Shown here: positions 1 to 11,955 of the stretch, piece after piece
Numbering within the stretch: position 1 is the first letter of the stretch
Layout of the letters: each line of letters begins with the position of its first letter
DNA from: Scyliorhinus canicula
Taxonomy: Eukaryota
Assembly (NCBI RefSeq): GCF_902713615.1
Contig: NC_052158.1
Location: 86,436,822 to 86,500,821 of the forward strand
Direction of reading: 5' to 3'
DNA: 64,000 nt
The notes under the pieces: generated by a model
Seen by the model: the letters and a program-made list of their open reading frames with translations, nothing else
Told to the model about the DNA's origin: nothing
Database searches by the model: none
Program-made: the position numbers and the translations under genes

Positions 1-997
1 TGGAAAGCTTAAATGTAACAAAACCATTTTGAAAAGCTATGGAGAGTGGGTAAGCATGCAAGTTAAGTGGGTAAGTCGGTAGATGGCTGGTAAATGGGTG
101 AGGGGGTAGGGTAACTGGTAAGTGGGTGAGAGGACAGGATGGCAGTTTGGTGGGTGGTTTGTTGGGTGAGAGTTAGGTGGCTGAGTAGGGTGGCAGAGGA
201 GTGTGTGGGTCAAGGATTAGGGTGGCTTGTAAGTGGCTGAGGATATTTGTGTGTTGAGAGGTCAGTCACTTGAGGGATAGCTGAGGAGTCAGTGGATAGA
301 CGGCCCGAGTGTTGGGGTGTAATTAGGTTGGATATTTGTCAAGGGCAATAGTCAGGGGGACATATGCGAGTGGTCCAGTGGGGAGTTGGAGGGGGTGCGG
401 GGAGCGGGGGAGATGTGCAGCAGTACATTTACCCAAGAGTTGGAACTAATTTAAATCCTTCTAACCTCAAGGGGTCCCTCCGGGGTACAGCCATCTGAAG
501 GTCGGAAGTTCTGGAATATCATTATTGGAACTAAGGATACGGTTTACAATCATAACTCATTGCTGAGTTATCCACAATGAATGGAATATTACAACAGTCT
601 TAGTTATTTTGCAGCAGTTGAATGAATACATTACTACATTTAATCAACATATACATTTTCATATACATTTTCTACAGTAACAATGAAAGCAAAAGTACAC
701 CAAGTCTCATTGATTCACTTTATCTAGGTGCAATAAAATACGTTTATAAAACTCTGAAACATGTACCTTGGCAACTGTTCTGACTGTTTCATGGAACTGA
801 TTTTAAGAGTTTGTAGATTCTAAACAACATATGATCAATTCCAAACTGAAAATATTCTTAATATCTTTAACTTTATTGATAAGAATTAAGTTCTCACCCA
901 AGCTGTACCCTTTCATATCTTTGGTCTTTTAGATCAAAGTCTTCTCTTTAACTCACATGTGTTATATATTCAAGTAACATTATTGGCTGGTGATAGG

Positions 998-1870
998 TGT
1001 TGCTAGGTGTTGCTTTTACTTAATTGCTCTGTTTAATAACCTTTGCTCTCGAGTCGCCAGGTATCTTTCTGATACCATCACGAGGTTCAAAGCCAAGTGC
1101 TGATCAATAACTCAATACACCAGTTAGTAAGTTTCAAACTAAAACACATTTATTATACACAGTCAATCACTACTTATGCATAAACTATACTTATTAAACT
1201 AACACTGCTACTAAAGGCCTATACTTAGCTTTCGAATGGCCCACCAGGTCAGAGGAACAATGGCCTTTGTCCGGTTCTGAATCTGCTGGCTTAAAGTTGG
1301 TATGGAATAGTAGCTAGGAGCGTCTATCTCGTAGCGAGTGTTGACTGGAGACTTACTTGGTTGGTGGAGCTGCTAGACAGGTCTCTCCTTGTTGAGAGTC
1401 ACGGTCAAGAGTTCTTTGAGAGCTGCCAAGACATCCTGCAAAGAGAGCGAACTGAACTTGGGGACTCTACTTTATAGTCCCCAGGGGTTTTGCGCCCTTG
1501 TGGGCGGGCCCCGGACCTGGTCCTAATTAATTGGACCATGTCCCAATCGTTTCAATCGATTTCTCCAATACTGGAGCTGTTCCCTGATCGCTGGGCGGTT
1601 CCTATGTGTCCGTTGGCCTTCCTTTGTCCTGGCTCCCGCTGGCGCTGGGGAGTCTGTCTTGGTCCCGATCGCTTCAATGTATCAAATTGTTCCTGGGGAT
1701 TGCTCATTAATATGTAGATGGCTATTGGTTTCAGTTTTGTCTGGGCTCTGCAAGTCTTAATACACAGGAAACCTTGCACCTGCTTGTTTTCCTGTGCCTG
1801 GCCAATTTTCCCTGTATTCTTTGCGGGCCTCCATATTGGAATCGGGAAGTGGCCACCCAAGGTGGCTACA
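998..1870 (-). repeat. 3' LTR of element A
   Basis: Direct repeat of 6007-6879; on the minus strand a TATA-like CTATAAAG at ~1469-1476 and AATAAA at ~1149-1154. Confidence 0.93.
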
Positions 1871-1880
1871 CTCCCTCCTT
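1871..1880 (-). promoter_or_regulatory. Polypurine tract of element A
   Basis: Minus strand AAGGAGGGAG directly before the TGTAGCC start of the 3' LTR. Confidence 0.85.
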
Positions 1881-2255
1881 GTGATCCTCAACGCGAAGCG
1901 TGAAGGATCACATTACTGCGGTGTCTTCATTCCCTGATCCAGTGAGCACTGCTCCTTGGCCTCTACACTGACCATAACTATGCAATAAAATTTTAACTAA
2001 CAACTCTAAGGGGCCGCTATGTCATAAAGGGACATGCATTACAAAACAAGAACTGGAACCTCTAACTATCCTCAATAAACTACTCTCACTTAAATCATTC
2101 AAACATACTAACTTCCTAACAGCACAAAAATAGCAGCATTCAAATTTTCCTCTGGTTTGGCAGTCAAACACAGAGTTTTACAATCCTTTGGTCACAAATG
2201 AACACATTTCTTTATTTACAAATGAAGGCGCACAAACAAAAATAAAAGTTCTTTA

Positions 2256-2951
2256 TTACATCTCAAGGGGTTCGGGGGCCTGGTGGAAACCGTAAATAGG
2301 GGATCTCATCCTGTATACCGGGGTGCGAGAGCGGTAGGCTCTCCTTCGCCATTTCTTCATGCTAATATTCTGCACGATGCTTGCCAATCAGAGTATTGCC
2401 AATGCTAGAAGTGCTTCGACAACATACGACAATAAACTTATCACACCATGTCGGGGTACTGTTGGTTGTTACTGGGCTCTGTGTACTATGGGGGAGTGAA
2501 CCATTGACAGCCGGTGGGGTGGATGTGAGGGGTTCGCGTTCGCGCGCAACCAAATACACAAGTGTCCAACAAAGAAAGATGGAGGTCGTCTTGGGGCAGC
2601 AGGGTAGCACGGTGGTTAGCATAAATGCTTCACAGCTCCAGGGTCCCAGGTTCGATTCCCGGCTGGGTCACTGTCTGTGTGGAGTCTGCACGTCCTCCCC
2701 GTGTGCGTGGGTTTCCTCCGGGTGCTCCGGTTTCCTCCCACAGTCCAAAGATGTGCGGGTTAGGTGGATTGGCCATGCTAAATTGCCCGTAGTGTCCTAA
2801 TAAAAGTAAGGTTAAGGGGGGGGTTGTTGGGTTACGGGTATAGGGTGGATACGTGGGTTTGAGTAGGGTGATCATGGCTCGGCACAACATTGAGGGCCGA
2901 AGGGCCTGTTCTGTGCAGTACTGTTCTATGTTCTATGTTTTATGTCTTCAT
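2256..2951 (-). pseudogene. Small transmembrane-protein ORF of element A (disrupted by a SINE, one frameshift and one stop)
   Basis: Removing the SINE and one TSD copy gives MKTTSIFLCWTLVYLVAREREPLTSTPPAVNGSLPHSTQSPVTTNSTPTWCDKFI/LSYVVEALLALAIL*LASIVQNISMKKWRRRAYRSRTPVYRMRSPIYGFHQAPEPLEM*; homologous to 20741-21111. Confidence 0.75.
2593..2943 (+). mobile_element. HE1-like tRNA-derived SINE inserted in element A
   Basis: tRNA head with A/B boxes (GGTTCGATTCCC), HE1/V-SINE core, (TTCTATG)n tail, TSD GTCTT at 2588-2592 and 2944-2948. Confidence 0.92.
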
Positions 2952-3724
2952 CTTCTCTTGTCCTGGAGCTTCTGGAATTCTGTGGATACAAGCATAATAT
3001 CTGTTATTATCTTGCCTAAGATCTCGTGTGCTAGTCTGTCTGTCCTTTGGTGCCAATTACCCTTTATAATTGGTCACCATCTGTGACTCCCTCATTTTTT
3101 TTTTTAAACCCAATTTCAGGACCAGACATACATAAAAATACTGAAACAGTGCGAGCTGTCTCGCAGCCTGTGCGATTTGCCATCCAACTGTTTGAGGATG
3201 TAAATAACATGAGGGGAAGCAACCGAAGGGTTACCTTAAAACAAAACAAAAACTTTTGAAACAAAAGAGCCAAAATGAGGTACGTATGGGCCGCGGCAGG
3301 TAAGAATTGGATGGAATCCCAAGGTAGGGCGGATTGTGCTCTACCCGAGCTTAGCTGACCAGAGGGGGGTCCTCAGACAGGGCGGGGATAAGTGCCGTGT
3401 CTCCACTGCCTGAGTAACCGGCAAGAACGGGCAAGAATGTAGTCATCGTGGTGGGTTGCAGTAATGTCTCTACCTTCAAATCGGAAGAGCAGTTATGAAT
3501 TGGGTGCTGGCAAGTTCTCAGCGGTTTCGGCTGATAAGCATGCCGTCAAGTTCTCATAGGTTTCTGCAGACAAATTTGGCCTGGGGCTGTGTAAGGCTGT
3601 TTAAAATTCAAACAAAGAACATTTGACAAACACAAACAAACATGCAACGAATATCGTGCAGGTTCCATCAGAAAGAAGGATACTGTAAATCACATGTGGT
3701 TTGGGGTGTAACTACCATATGGAG

Positions 3725-5682
3725 TCAGTGCAGTGTGACCAATGAAGAGAGGAAGGAGGAGAGAAACAAAATGAATTGGCATTGCTGAGGTGTCCCTGCC
3801 ATGAAAAGTGGTGTGTAAGCGCTCACAGTTTGCATGGGGCAGCTGGGACCTTGTAGTTGCTGTGGGTGGGGTTCTCTTTCATATCTGGGGGCGGGTCTAG
3901 CTGGTGGTGGAGGTCTCCTGCAATCTCGGGCGAAGTTTCCTGGCTGCCCACAAGTGTAACATGACATGGGGGACATAAGGTGGAGCAGGCACTCTGGTGC
4001 ATTGTTCCCTTGGGTATTATTCCCTGAGTGGGGGGTTGGGGCTGTTGGTGTCGTTGCTGGTTCGGGGGGCATTGGTGGGCTGATTCCGTGGCTGTTTCAG
4101 GGGGGCTTGACAGTCTCGTGCGTAATGTCCTAATTGGCCGCAATTATAACACCCCTGGCATTTGGTCTGCTGTGGGCTGTTCCTTCCCTCATTTACCCAT
4201 GCGGGATTTTAATGTGTTTTAACTGGATGCATATCTGCATCTGCCTGCTCTTCATCGGGTTTCCTAAAATTGGTCTTGTGTACTGATTTCTCCCAAGCGC
4301 GGGACAATCTTTTTAAAACCCATTTCTCATTGTGGGCCTCATCTGAGGGGTCATAATTTGCACAAGCTCTCTGACCTGCCTCTGTGGCGTGAGAGATCAG
4401 GATTCGAGTCTATTTTGCCATGTTATCTGGGGACAAATGGGCGCGGGCTAATTCTCCAAAAACTGCCGTGAAAGTAATCCATAAGCGTCCAGCAAACACT
4501 GTGGGGTGTTCAGTTTTCTTCTGCCTGCATCTATTCAGGCCTGCTACTGGGTCTCTATTGTAACCGATCGCATCTAGGATCGCTGTGCGCATCTCTGCTA
4601 GGGTGCCTCCTCCTACATTCTGTGGGTTGGGAAGGGCTGCTACAACGGAAGGGTCTAGGCTCAAAACTGTGAGCTTCACTTGCTCTTTCTCATCCAGGCC
4701 ATACATGGTGACCTGCTGCTTAACTTTTGCAAAGAATTGGTGGGGGTCTGAAGTGGGGAGGAATGGTGTGATTTTCTCACACGCATCCCGTAATTGGGTT
4801 ACGGTTGCGGTGGGTGGTTATTGGATTCATGGGGGTGTGATCTATCTGCTCTGTGGGGGGTTGGGGTGCTCTTCTCTTCTGGGGCTTCTCCTGCGTACAT
4901 GCTCCATGTACATACTTATGCGTTGTTTCATTTAACTCTTGCCAATCGGGTCGTTATCATCATTTAATTGGGATCCAAATGTGCTTTGGAATCCATTCTG
5001 GACTGAAAGCAGAGATTGCAGTTCTGCAATCTGCTTCCGGCACTTTGCATGATTTACCGAGCTCTGCCTCTGTTCCGTGGTGGAAGCATGGAGTGTTCAT
5101 AGAGCTGCCTTTAAATCGCTGCACTGCTTCTGCAATGCCTCTACCTGCTGTTTCGTTTCTTGTCTTACCAGGACTGCACGTTGTGTGTCCTGGATAGGCC
5201 TGGTCATATTAGGTTTGGAAGCTGCTTAAGTGCGCCAGACAAGACTGGTGTGCCCTCTTGGCATCATCCAACTCTCTGTCTTTTGCTGCCAACCTCCCTT
5301 TTAACTCTCTGTTCTCCTTCTCTATGTTGCTTACATCGACTTTACTCATCCTATTTCTCTCATCTATCTCTTTACGGAGCGTCCTAACGACCTCCTCTGT
5401 GCCTCGCAATTGTGCCAGACAGGACACGATTGCCATCGGCTTGCGAGCTTTTCCCAAGCTCTTCCTGTGAATCTCTGTCAGGTTCTCCCACCAAGTATGT
5501 CCTATACTCCCGGGACCTGTTTCTTCATTTGCACAAAATTCGCTCTAAAGGGGCCATCCCTTCCCTTTGAGGTACTTCCTAATCTCATCTTCCCAAACGG
5601 GACACTGTCCTACTCTGCTGCTGGTCGCTGCTACCACGAATTCTTGCGGGTTCATAAGGCGTTCCATTGCCTTCATTGCCAT
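3725..5682 (-). pseudogene. gag: gag of element A (frameshifted)
   Basis: Begins MAMKAMERLMNP..QCPVWEDEIRKYLKGKGW; coiled-coil segment; capsid-like MYGLDEKEQVKL..PQNVGGGTL..RQKKTEHP; CCHC knuckle CYTCGQPGNFARDC near 3920-3962. Confidence 0.85.
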
Positions 5683-5978
5683 TTTTCCTATCTGAGTTCT
5701 CTTTAAATTCGGAACAGGGGGTAATAAAGCGGTGCTGCAAATACGGGTATGGCTTTCGCTAATTTCCAGAATACAAACTCCCGACAGTTTTTCGCAACAG
5801 AATCTATCAGTTTTACCTTATAGCCCTGTTAGTACGCATGCATTAACACACTTCCGAATTCTGGAGGATTGATCAGAACGGCTTGAACACTTGTGGTTAT
5901 TTCTGTTCTCAATTGGATTCTAATTCAAATTTTGGGTTCTCTCGGAGTTGAGGGGGGGGGGGGGGGGGCACTTCTAAG

Positions 5979-6002
5979 TCGAGTCCCGTCAAAGTTCACC
6001 AA
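5979..6002 (-). promoter_or_regulatory. Degenerate primer-binding site of element A (tRNA-Arg-like)
   Basis: TGGTGAACTTTGACGGGACTCGAC 4 nt after the 5' LTR; aligns with the PBS of element B. Confidence 0.6.
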
Positions 6003-6006
6003 TAAA

Positions 6007-6879
6007 TGTTGCTAGGTGTTGTTTTTACTTAATTGCTCTGTTTAATAATCTTTGCTCTAGAGTTGCCACTTATATTTCTGATACCACCACGAGGTTCAAA
6101 GCCAAGTGCTGATCAATAACACAATACACCAGTTAGTAAGTTTCAAACCAAAACACATTTATTATACACACAGTCAATCACTACTCATGCATAAACTATA
6201 CTTATTAAGCTAACACTGCTACTGAAGGCTTATACTTAGCTTTCAAATGGCCCACCAGGTCAGAGGAACAATGGCCTTTGTCCGGTTATGAATCTGCTGG
6301 CTTCAAGCTGGTATGGAATAGTAGCTAGGAGCGTCTATCTCGTAGCGTGCGTTGACTGGAGACTTACTTGGTTGGTGCAACTGCTAGGCAGATCCCTCCT
6401 TGTTGAGAGTCACGGTCAAGAGTTCTTTGAGAGCTGCCAAGAGATCCTGCCAAGAGTGCGAACTGAACTTGGGGACTCTACTTTATAGCCCCCAGGGGTT
6501 TCGCGCTTTTGTGGGCGGACCCCGGACCTGGTCCTAATTAATTGGACCATGTCCCAATCGTTTCAATCGATTTCTCCAATACTGGAGCTGTTCCCTGATC
6601 GCTGGGCGGTTCCTATGTGTCCATTGGCCTTCTTTGTCCTGGCTCCCGCTGGCGCCGGGGAGTCTGTCTTGGTCCCAATCGCTTCAATGTATCTAATTGT
6701 TCCTGGGGATTGCTCATTAATATGCAGATGGCTATTGGTTTCGGTTCTGTCTGGGCTCTGCAAGTCTTAATACACAGGAAACCTTGCACCTGCTGTTTTC
6801 CTGTGCCTGGCAAATTTTCCCTGTATTCTTTGCGGGCCTACATTTTGGAATCGGGAAGTGGCCACCCCAGGTGGCTACA
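6007..6879 (-). repeat. 5' LTR of element A
   Basis: Direct repeat of 998-1870, followed on the minus strand by the PBS and gag. Confidence 0.93.
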
Positions 6880-7205
6880 AAGGTTACATGATGCGCTTTT
6901 GGAGGGTTCACCACCTTACCCTGCAGAAGCAACATCTCTGAATAAACCCTGCACTATATTTTCACAAACGTAAAGCATGGCATCTCTACTTCTTTTTCTC
7001 TTTGCGGCAACAACAAAAATATAACAATATGGTTAGTTAGGAATATTCCTCAAAGCTATGTTGTCAAATAACAAGATAACATAAGTGTGATAAAAGACTG
7101 TAGAAAGAATTGAGGAAGATTGATCAAAAATTCAAAATAGATTCTGGATCAAATGAAAGATAAAAGTTGTTGTATCATCCTTTCCTCATTACCTCTAATT
7201 ATTGA

Positions 7206-7324
7206 ACTGAGGAAAGAGCTGCGCTCCGAAAGCTAGTGATTCAAAACAAACCAGTTGGACTTTAACCTGGTGTTGTAAGACCTCTTACTGTGCCCACACC
7301 TGTCCAACGTCGGCATCTCCACAC
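7206..7324 (+). mobile_element. Penelope-like terminal-repeat fragment with minimal hammerhead ribozyme core
   Basis: CTGAGGA-A-GAGC-TGC-GCTC-C-GAAA-GCTA at 7207-7235; flanked by 11-bp TSD CTAATTATTGA (7195-7205, 7325-7335). Confidence 0.7.
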
Positions 7325-8170
7325 CTAATTATTGAGTCAGTGCAACATACTGATCAATAATGCAGGAGTCATAGCAATGCAATGGTGAGCTATTTTAAAG
7401 CGTAGGAAATCTGCTGCATGGATTAGGAAAGGGAGAAATTCACACAATTTCATTTAGACATTCCCCTCTCCACTTTGAACCATGGGGTTTTTTTGTGAAT
7501 CCTTAATATAGACTAGCAGATAGCGTCTTTGTGGCCAAAGGGCACTTTGGAAGAAAAATGTAACACTATAACCTATATACGGATAAAATCTGTGATTCTG
7601 TAGGTACAGAGACCCACTTACTGAAGGCGTAGAATAAACCCCATGCTGTTATTCAATGTATTAGATAACAACACATTATTTCATTAGGCATAAGAGCACA
7701 TAGGGTCCCCCAAAATGTCATTCTTGAAGTTGTTTATTTTTCACTGATTGTAAGATACATATAATTTTGCTACACAGGGACTTAACCTACTTCAGAGCTG
7801 CAAATGCTTCTGATCCTCTTTGGAAAAAACAAACTTCTAAATGACAATATGAGTGACTACTCTTGGTGCCCACACTAAGTTTTGAAACAGTGGGATACTG
7901 ACAAAAATGAAATAAAGTAACAGAATTATGTTGGGATCTGTTGAGGCTCACCCTACTACCATCCAGAATATTCACACCCTGTGAGCAACACCACTATTAT
8001 AAAATGAATGTAGCAACATCCCAGCATTGATAGAATCATGGCTTTTGAATGGTAACGACATCTCCCTCACTAAAGCTTCTGCATCTCTCTATAAATGTCT
8101 TCACTCGCCTTGTTGACGATGCAGTTCACTTCCTGACCTAAAGGAAAAGAAAAATTTGCATTTGTATAAA

Positions 8171-9786
8171 CCCCAGCAGCCCACAACTCACTCACACCCA
8201 CCATCACAGCTTCCAAAGTCAGATCGGTCTTCCTGAAAGTGAACCCTCGGAAGACGACGGGCCCGGACGGGATCCCTGGTCGTGCACACAGAGCCTGCAC
8301 GGACCAGCTGGCACAGGTGTTCGTGGACATCTTTAACCTGTCCCTACTCCACTCCGAGGTCCCCACCTGCTTCAAGAAGACCACCATCATACCGGTGCCA
8401 AAGAAGAACCAGGCAACGTGCCTCAATGACTACCGTCCGGTGGCCCTGACTTCAGTCCTAATGAAGTGCTTAGAGAGGTTGATCATGAAGCACATCACGT
8501 CCATACTCCCAGAACGCCTTGATCCATTGCAATTCGCATACTGTCGCAACCGGTCCACAGCAGATGCCACTTTCCTGGCCCTATACTCATCCCTCGAGCA
8601 TCTCGACAAGGACTCCTACATCAGACTCCTATTTATTGACTACAGCTCCGCCTTCAACACCATAATCCCAGCCAAGCTCATATCAAAGCTCCAAAACCTA
8701 GGACTTGGCTCCCCACTCTGCAACTGGATCCTCGATTTTCTGACCAACAGACCACAATCAGTAAGAATGAACAACAACACCTCCTCCACAATAGTCCTCG
8801 ATACCGTGGCCCCGCAAGGCTGTGTACTTAGCCCCCTACTCTACTCCCTGTACACACACGACTGCGTGGCAAAACTTGGTTCCAACTCCATCTACAAGTT
8901 TGCTGACGATACGACCATAGTGGGATCTCTAATAACGACGAGACAGAATACAGGAGGGAGATAGAGAACCTAGTGGAGTGGTGCAGCAACAATAATCTCT
9001 CCCTCAATGCCAGCAAAACTAAAGAGCTGGTCATTGACTTCAAGGAGCAAAGTACTGTACACACCTCTGTCAGCATCAACAGTGCCGAGGTGGAGATGGT
9101 TAGCAGTTTCAAATTCCTAGGGGTGCACATCTCCAAAAATCTGTCCTGGCCCACCCATGTCAACACTATCACCAAGAAAGCACAACAGCACCTATACTTC
9201 CTCAGGAAACTAAGGAAATTCGGCATGTCCACATTAATTCTTATCAATTTTTACAGATGCACCATAGAAAGCATCTTATCTGGCTGCATCACGGCCTGGG
9301 ATGGCAAATGCTCGGCCCAGGACCGCAAGAAACTTCAGAGAGTCGTGAACTCCGCCCAGTCCATCACATGACCCTGCCTCCCATCCATTGACTCCATCTA
9401 CACCTCCCGCTGCCTGGGGAAAGCAGGCAGCATAATCGAAGATCCCTCCCACCTGGCTTGCTCACTGTTCCAACTTCTTCTATTGGGCAGGAGATACAGA
9501 AGTCTGAGAACACGCACAAACAGACTCAAAAACAGCTTCTTCCCCGCTGTTACCAGACTCTTAAATGACCCAGATATGGACTGACCTCATTAACACTACA
9601 CCTTGTATGCTTGATCTGATGCTGGTGCTTATGTAGTTACACTGTATACCTTGTGTTGCCCTATTATGTATTTTCTTTTATTCCCTTTTCTTTCCATGTA
9701 CTTAATGCTCTGTTGAGCTGCTCGCAGAAAACTCCTTTTCACTGTACCTCGGGACACGTGACAATAAACAAATCCAATCCAATCCA
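8171..9786 (+). mobile_element. 5'-truncated Rex1/Babar-type LINE (RT, frameshifted)
   Basis: ORFs 8239-8964 and 8973-9371 with [50 protein letters not shown]; AATAAA and (AATCC)n tail. Confidence 0.9.
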
Positions 9787-10039
9787 TTGCAACATCAGGA
9801 CATCCTAAAGTGCTTTACTAAAGAACACTTTTGAAGCATTGCCACTGCTGTAGTGTAAGAAACACAGCAGCCAATTTGCATAGATCAAGATCCAACAAAT
9901 ATTTAAAATATTTCTTTTAAATATTAGTTAATGGATGAATGCTGACAAGGCAGCAGAAGATCTCCTTTGACCTTCTTGAAATGGTGCCATGGGATCTTAA
10001 ACATTCATCTGGGGGGCAGAGAGGACCTTGGTGCAATAT

Positions 10040-11330
10040 CTCAAGGTGGTGTCCTGGGCCTAACCATCTTCAGCTGTTTCATTAATCACCTTCCTTCCAA
10101 TCTAAGATCAGAAGTGGGGATGTTTGCTGATAATGTTCAGAGCCATTCATGATTCCAGATACTGAAGCAGTCCATATCCAAGTGCAGCAAGACCTGGACA
10201 ATATCCAGGCTTGGGCTGACAATGGGCAAGTAACATTTGTACTACACAAGCACCTTTCATGGATTTGCCCAGTAACAGCAGTAACATGAATTTAACAAGA
10301 CATAATAGGATCCAACAACAGGTAGAAAGTGAGAGCAGTGACCAGTATTCAAAAGGCCGGATGAGATGCAGTTTCTCAGTGACTAGATTAGCAGACATCA
10401 AGATAGGATTAGGTGTGAATCGCCTATTTGTAAAAACAGCGTACCTAGACGATTGGGAGATCAGTGAGGTATACACATGATCATTTCTGGAGTCAAGGAA
10501 TGCGAGAGAGACAAACAGCCAAGTACACAGAATGCAGACTTAAAGGAGAACAATGGTATAATTGCCAGCATCCTCAGAAATAGGAGGCCAGCTTTACATC
10601 TACCAGCCTCCAAGACTTAGAGCCAAGGCAGTACAGAAAACCTTCATAAAGGCAGTTTAAATACCTTCACTGGACCAGGATAAGACATTTCCCAGACTTA
10701 ATTAACCTTCCTGTATTGTGTGGTGACTATAAGCTGTTTTTGACTGTTGGATCTATTTAATTTTATTTTTTGGGGGGGGGGGGGGAAGTCTTGGAGTTCA
10801 GGGATTGTAGATATTGTTTGGAACAAGGAATATGTTCCACATAAAGTGTGTGTTTAATAATTCATTTACTTAATTGTCATAGCGTAGTACATCCTGTTCG
10901 TGTGTATTTGTCTTTTCTTAAATGTAATAGTCTTTAATAATTGTTACACGATGACTAGACTTATTCTCACTGGGGTTTCACTTGTCTCGTCACACCATTC
11001 CATAAACAAAATTATACACTCTTATAAACCGGTGTTCCAAGTTGGGATACACTCCTCATAGATAACATTGATGTGGTTCATGATACCATCTCTAACAAGA
11101 GAGAATCTAAGCATTGCCCCTAGAGATTCAATGGCAGCACTATTGAATCATCTACTGTCAGGATTCTGGGTGCCGATCATTGACCAGAAATTTAACTGGC
11201 CTAGCCATAAAAATACTGTGGCTACAAGAGCCGGTCAGAGGCTGGAAATCCTGCAGTGAGTAATTTGCCTCCTAACTCACCGCCCGACTCCCCAAAATAT
11301 GTCCAGTAGTGTGACTGGATACTCTCCACT
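10040..11330 (+). mobile_element. CR1-type LINE RT fragment split by an ~830-bp LTR-like insert (~10251-11082)
   Basis: SQGGVLGLTIFSCFINHLPSNLRSEVGMFAD (CR1 RT motif); CR1 sequence resumes near 11083 (IDQKFNWPSHKNTVATRAGQRL). Confidence 0.65.
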
Positions 11331-11332
11331 TG

Positions 11333-11500
11333 GACAGCACGGTGGTGGTTGCTAGCCTCACAGCGCCGAGGACCCGGGTTCGACCCGGCCCTGGGTCACT
11401 GTCCATGTGGCGTTTGCACTTTCTCCCTGTGTCTGCGTGGGTCTCACACCCATAGCCCAAAGATGTGCAGTGGTGGTGGATTGGCCACGCTAAATTGCCC
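11333..11500 (+). mobile_element. HE1-like SINE (partial)
   Basis: tRNA head plus TGTGGCGTTTGCAC...GGATTGGCCACGCTAAATTGCCC core. Confidence 0.8.
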
Positions 11501-11711
11501 CCCAGAGGGTAAAGCAGCCAATCTCTTGTTCCTCAACAAACAATTGATGAATGGTTGAATATGTATGTGTGCAGACATGTCGTATGATAGGATCACATGG
11601 TGTTTTCCACAGTTAATCTATCTATTGAACTTTACATTTAAAGAATGTCCAGTTAACTGATACCGCCAAAGGAATTGTGTCCCATCCGTAAATTTAAGGA
11701 GGCAGGATAGA

Positions 11712-11955
11712 GGGCGGCATGTGGCGCAGTGGATAGCACTGGGACTGCAGCGCTGAGGACCCAGGTTCAAATCCTAGACCTGGGTCACTGTCCGTGTGGA
11801 GTTTGCACATTCTCCCCATGTCTGCATGGGTTTCACCCCTGCAACCCAAACATGTGTAGGTTAGATGGATTGGCCACGCTAAATTGTCCCTTAATTGGAA
11901 AAAAACAAAACAATTATTGGGTACTCTAAATTTATAAAAAAGAAAAAAAAAAAGA
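11712..11955 (+). mobile_element. HE1-like SINE
   Basis: tRNA head, HE1 core, A-rich tail. Confidence 0.85.

Larger units (their letters stand above)
998..6879 (-). mobile_element. Element A: non-autonomous retrovirus-like LTR element (LTR-gag-small TM ORF-LTR, no pol, no env)
   Basis: Two highly similar ~870-bp LTRs (998-1870, 6007-6879) with TGT...ACA ends; 4-bp flanks TAGG/AAGG (one mismatch); purine tract AAGGAGGGAG next to the 3' LTR; gag homologous to element B; no pro/RT/IN motifs. Confidence 0.92.

Noticed and set aside
60-420. G-rich strand-biased tract (G-quadruplex or telomere-like)
   Set aside because: No regular unit; it looks like the low-complexity interior of an old transposon.
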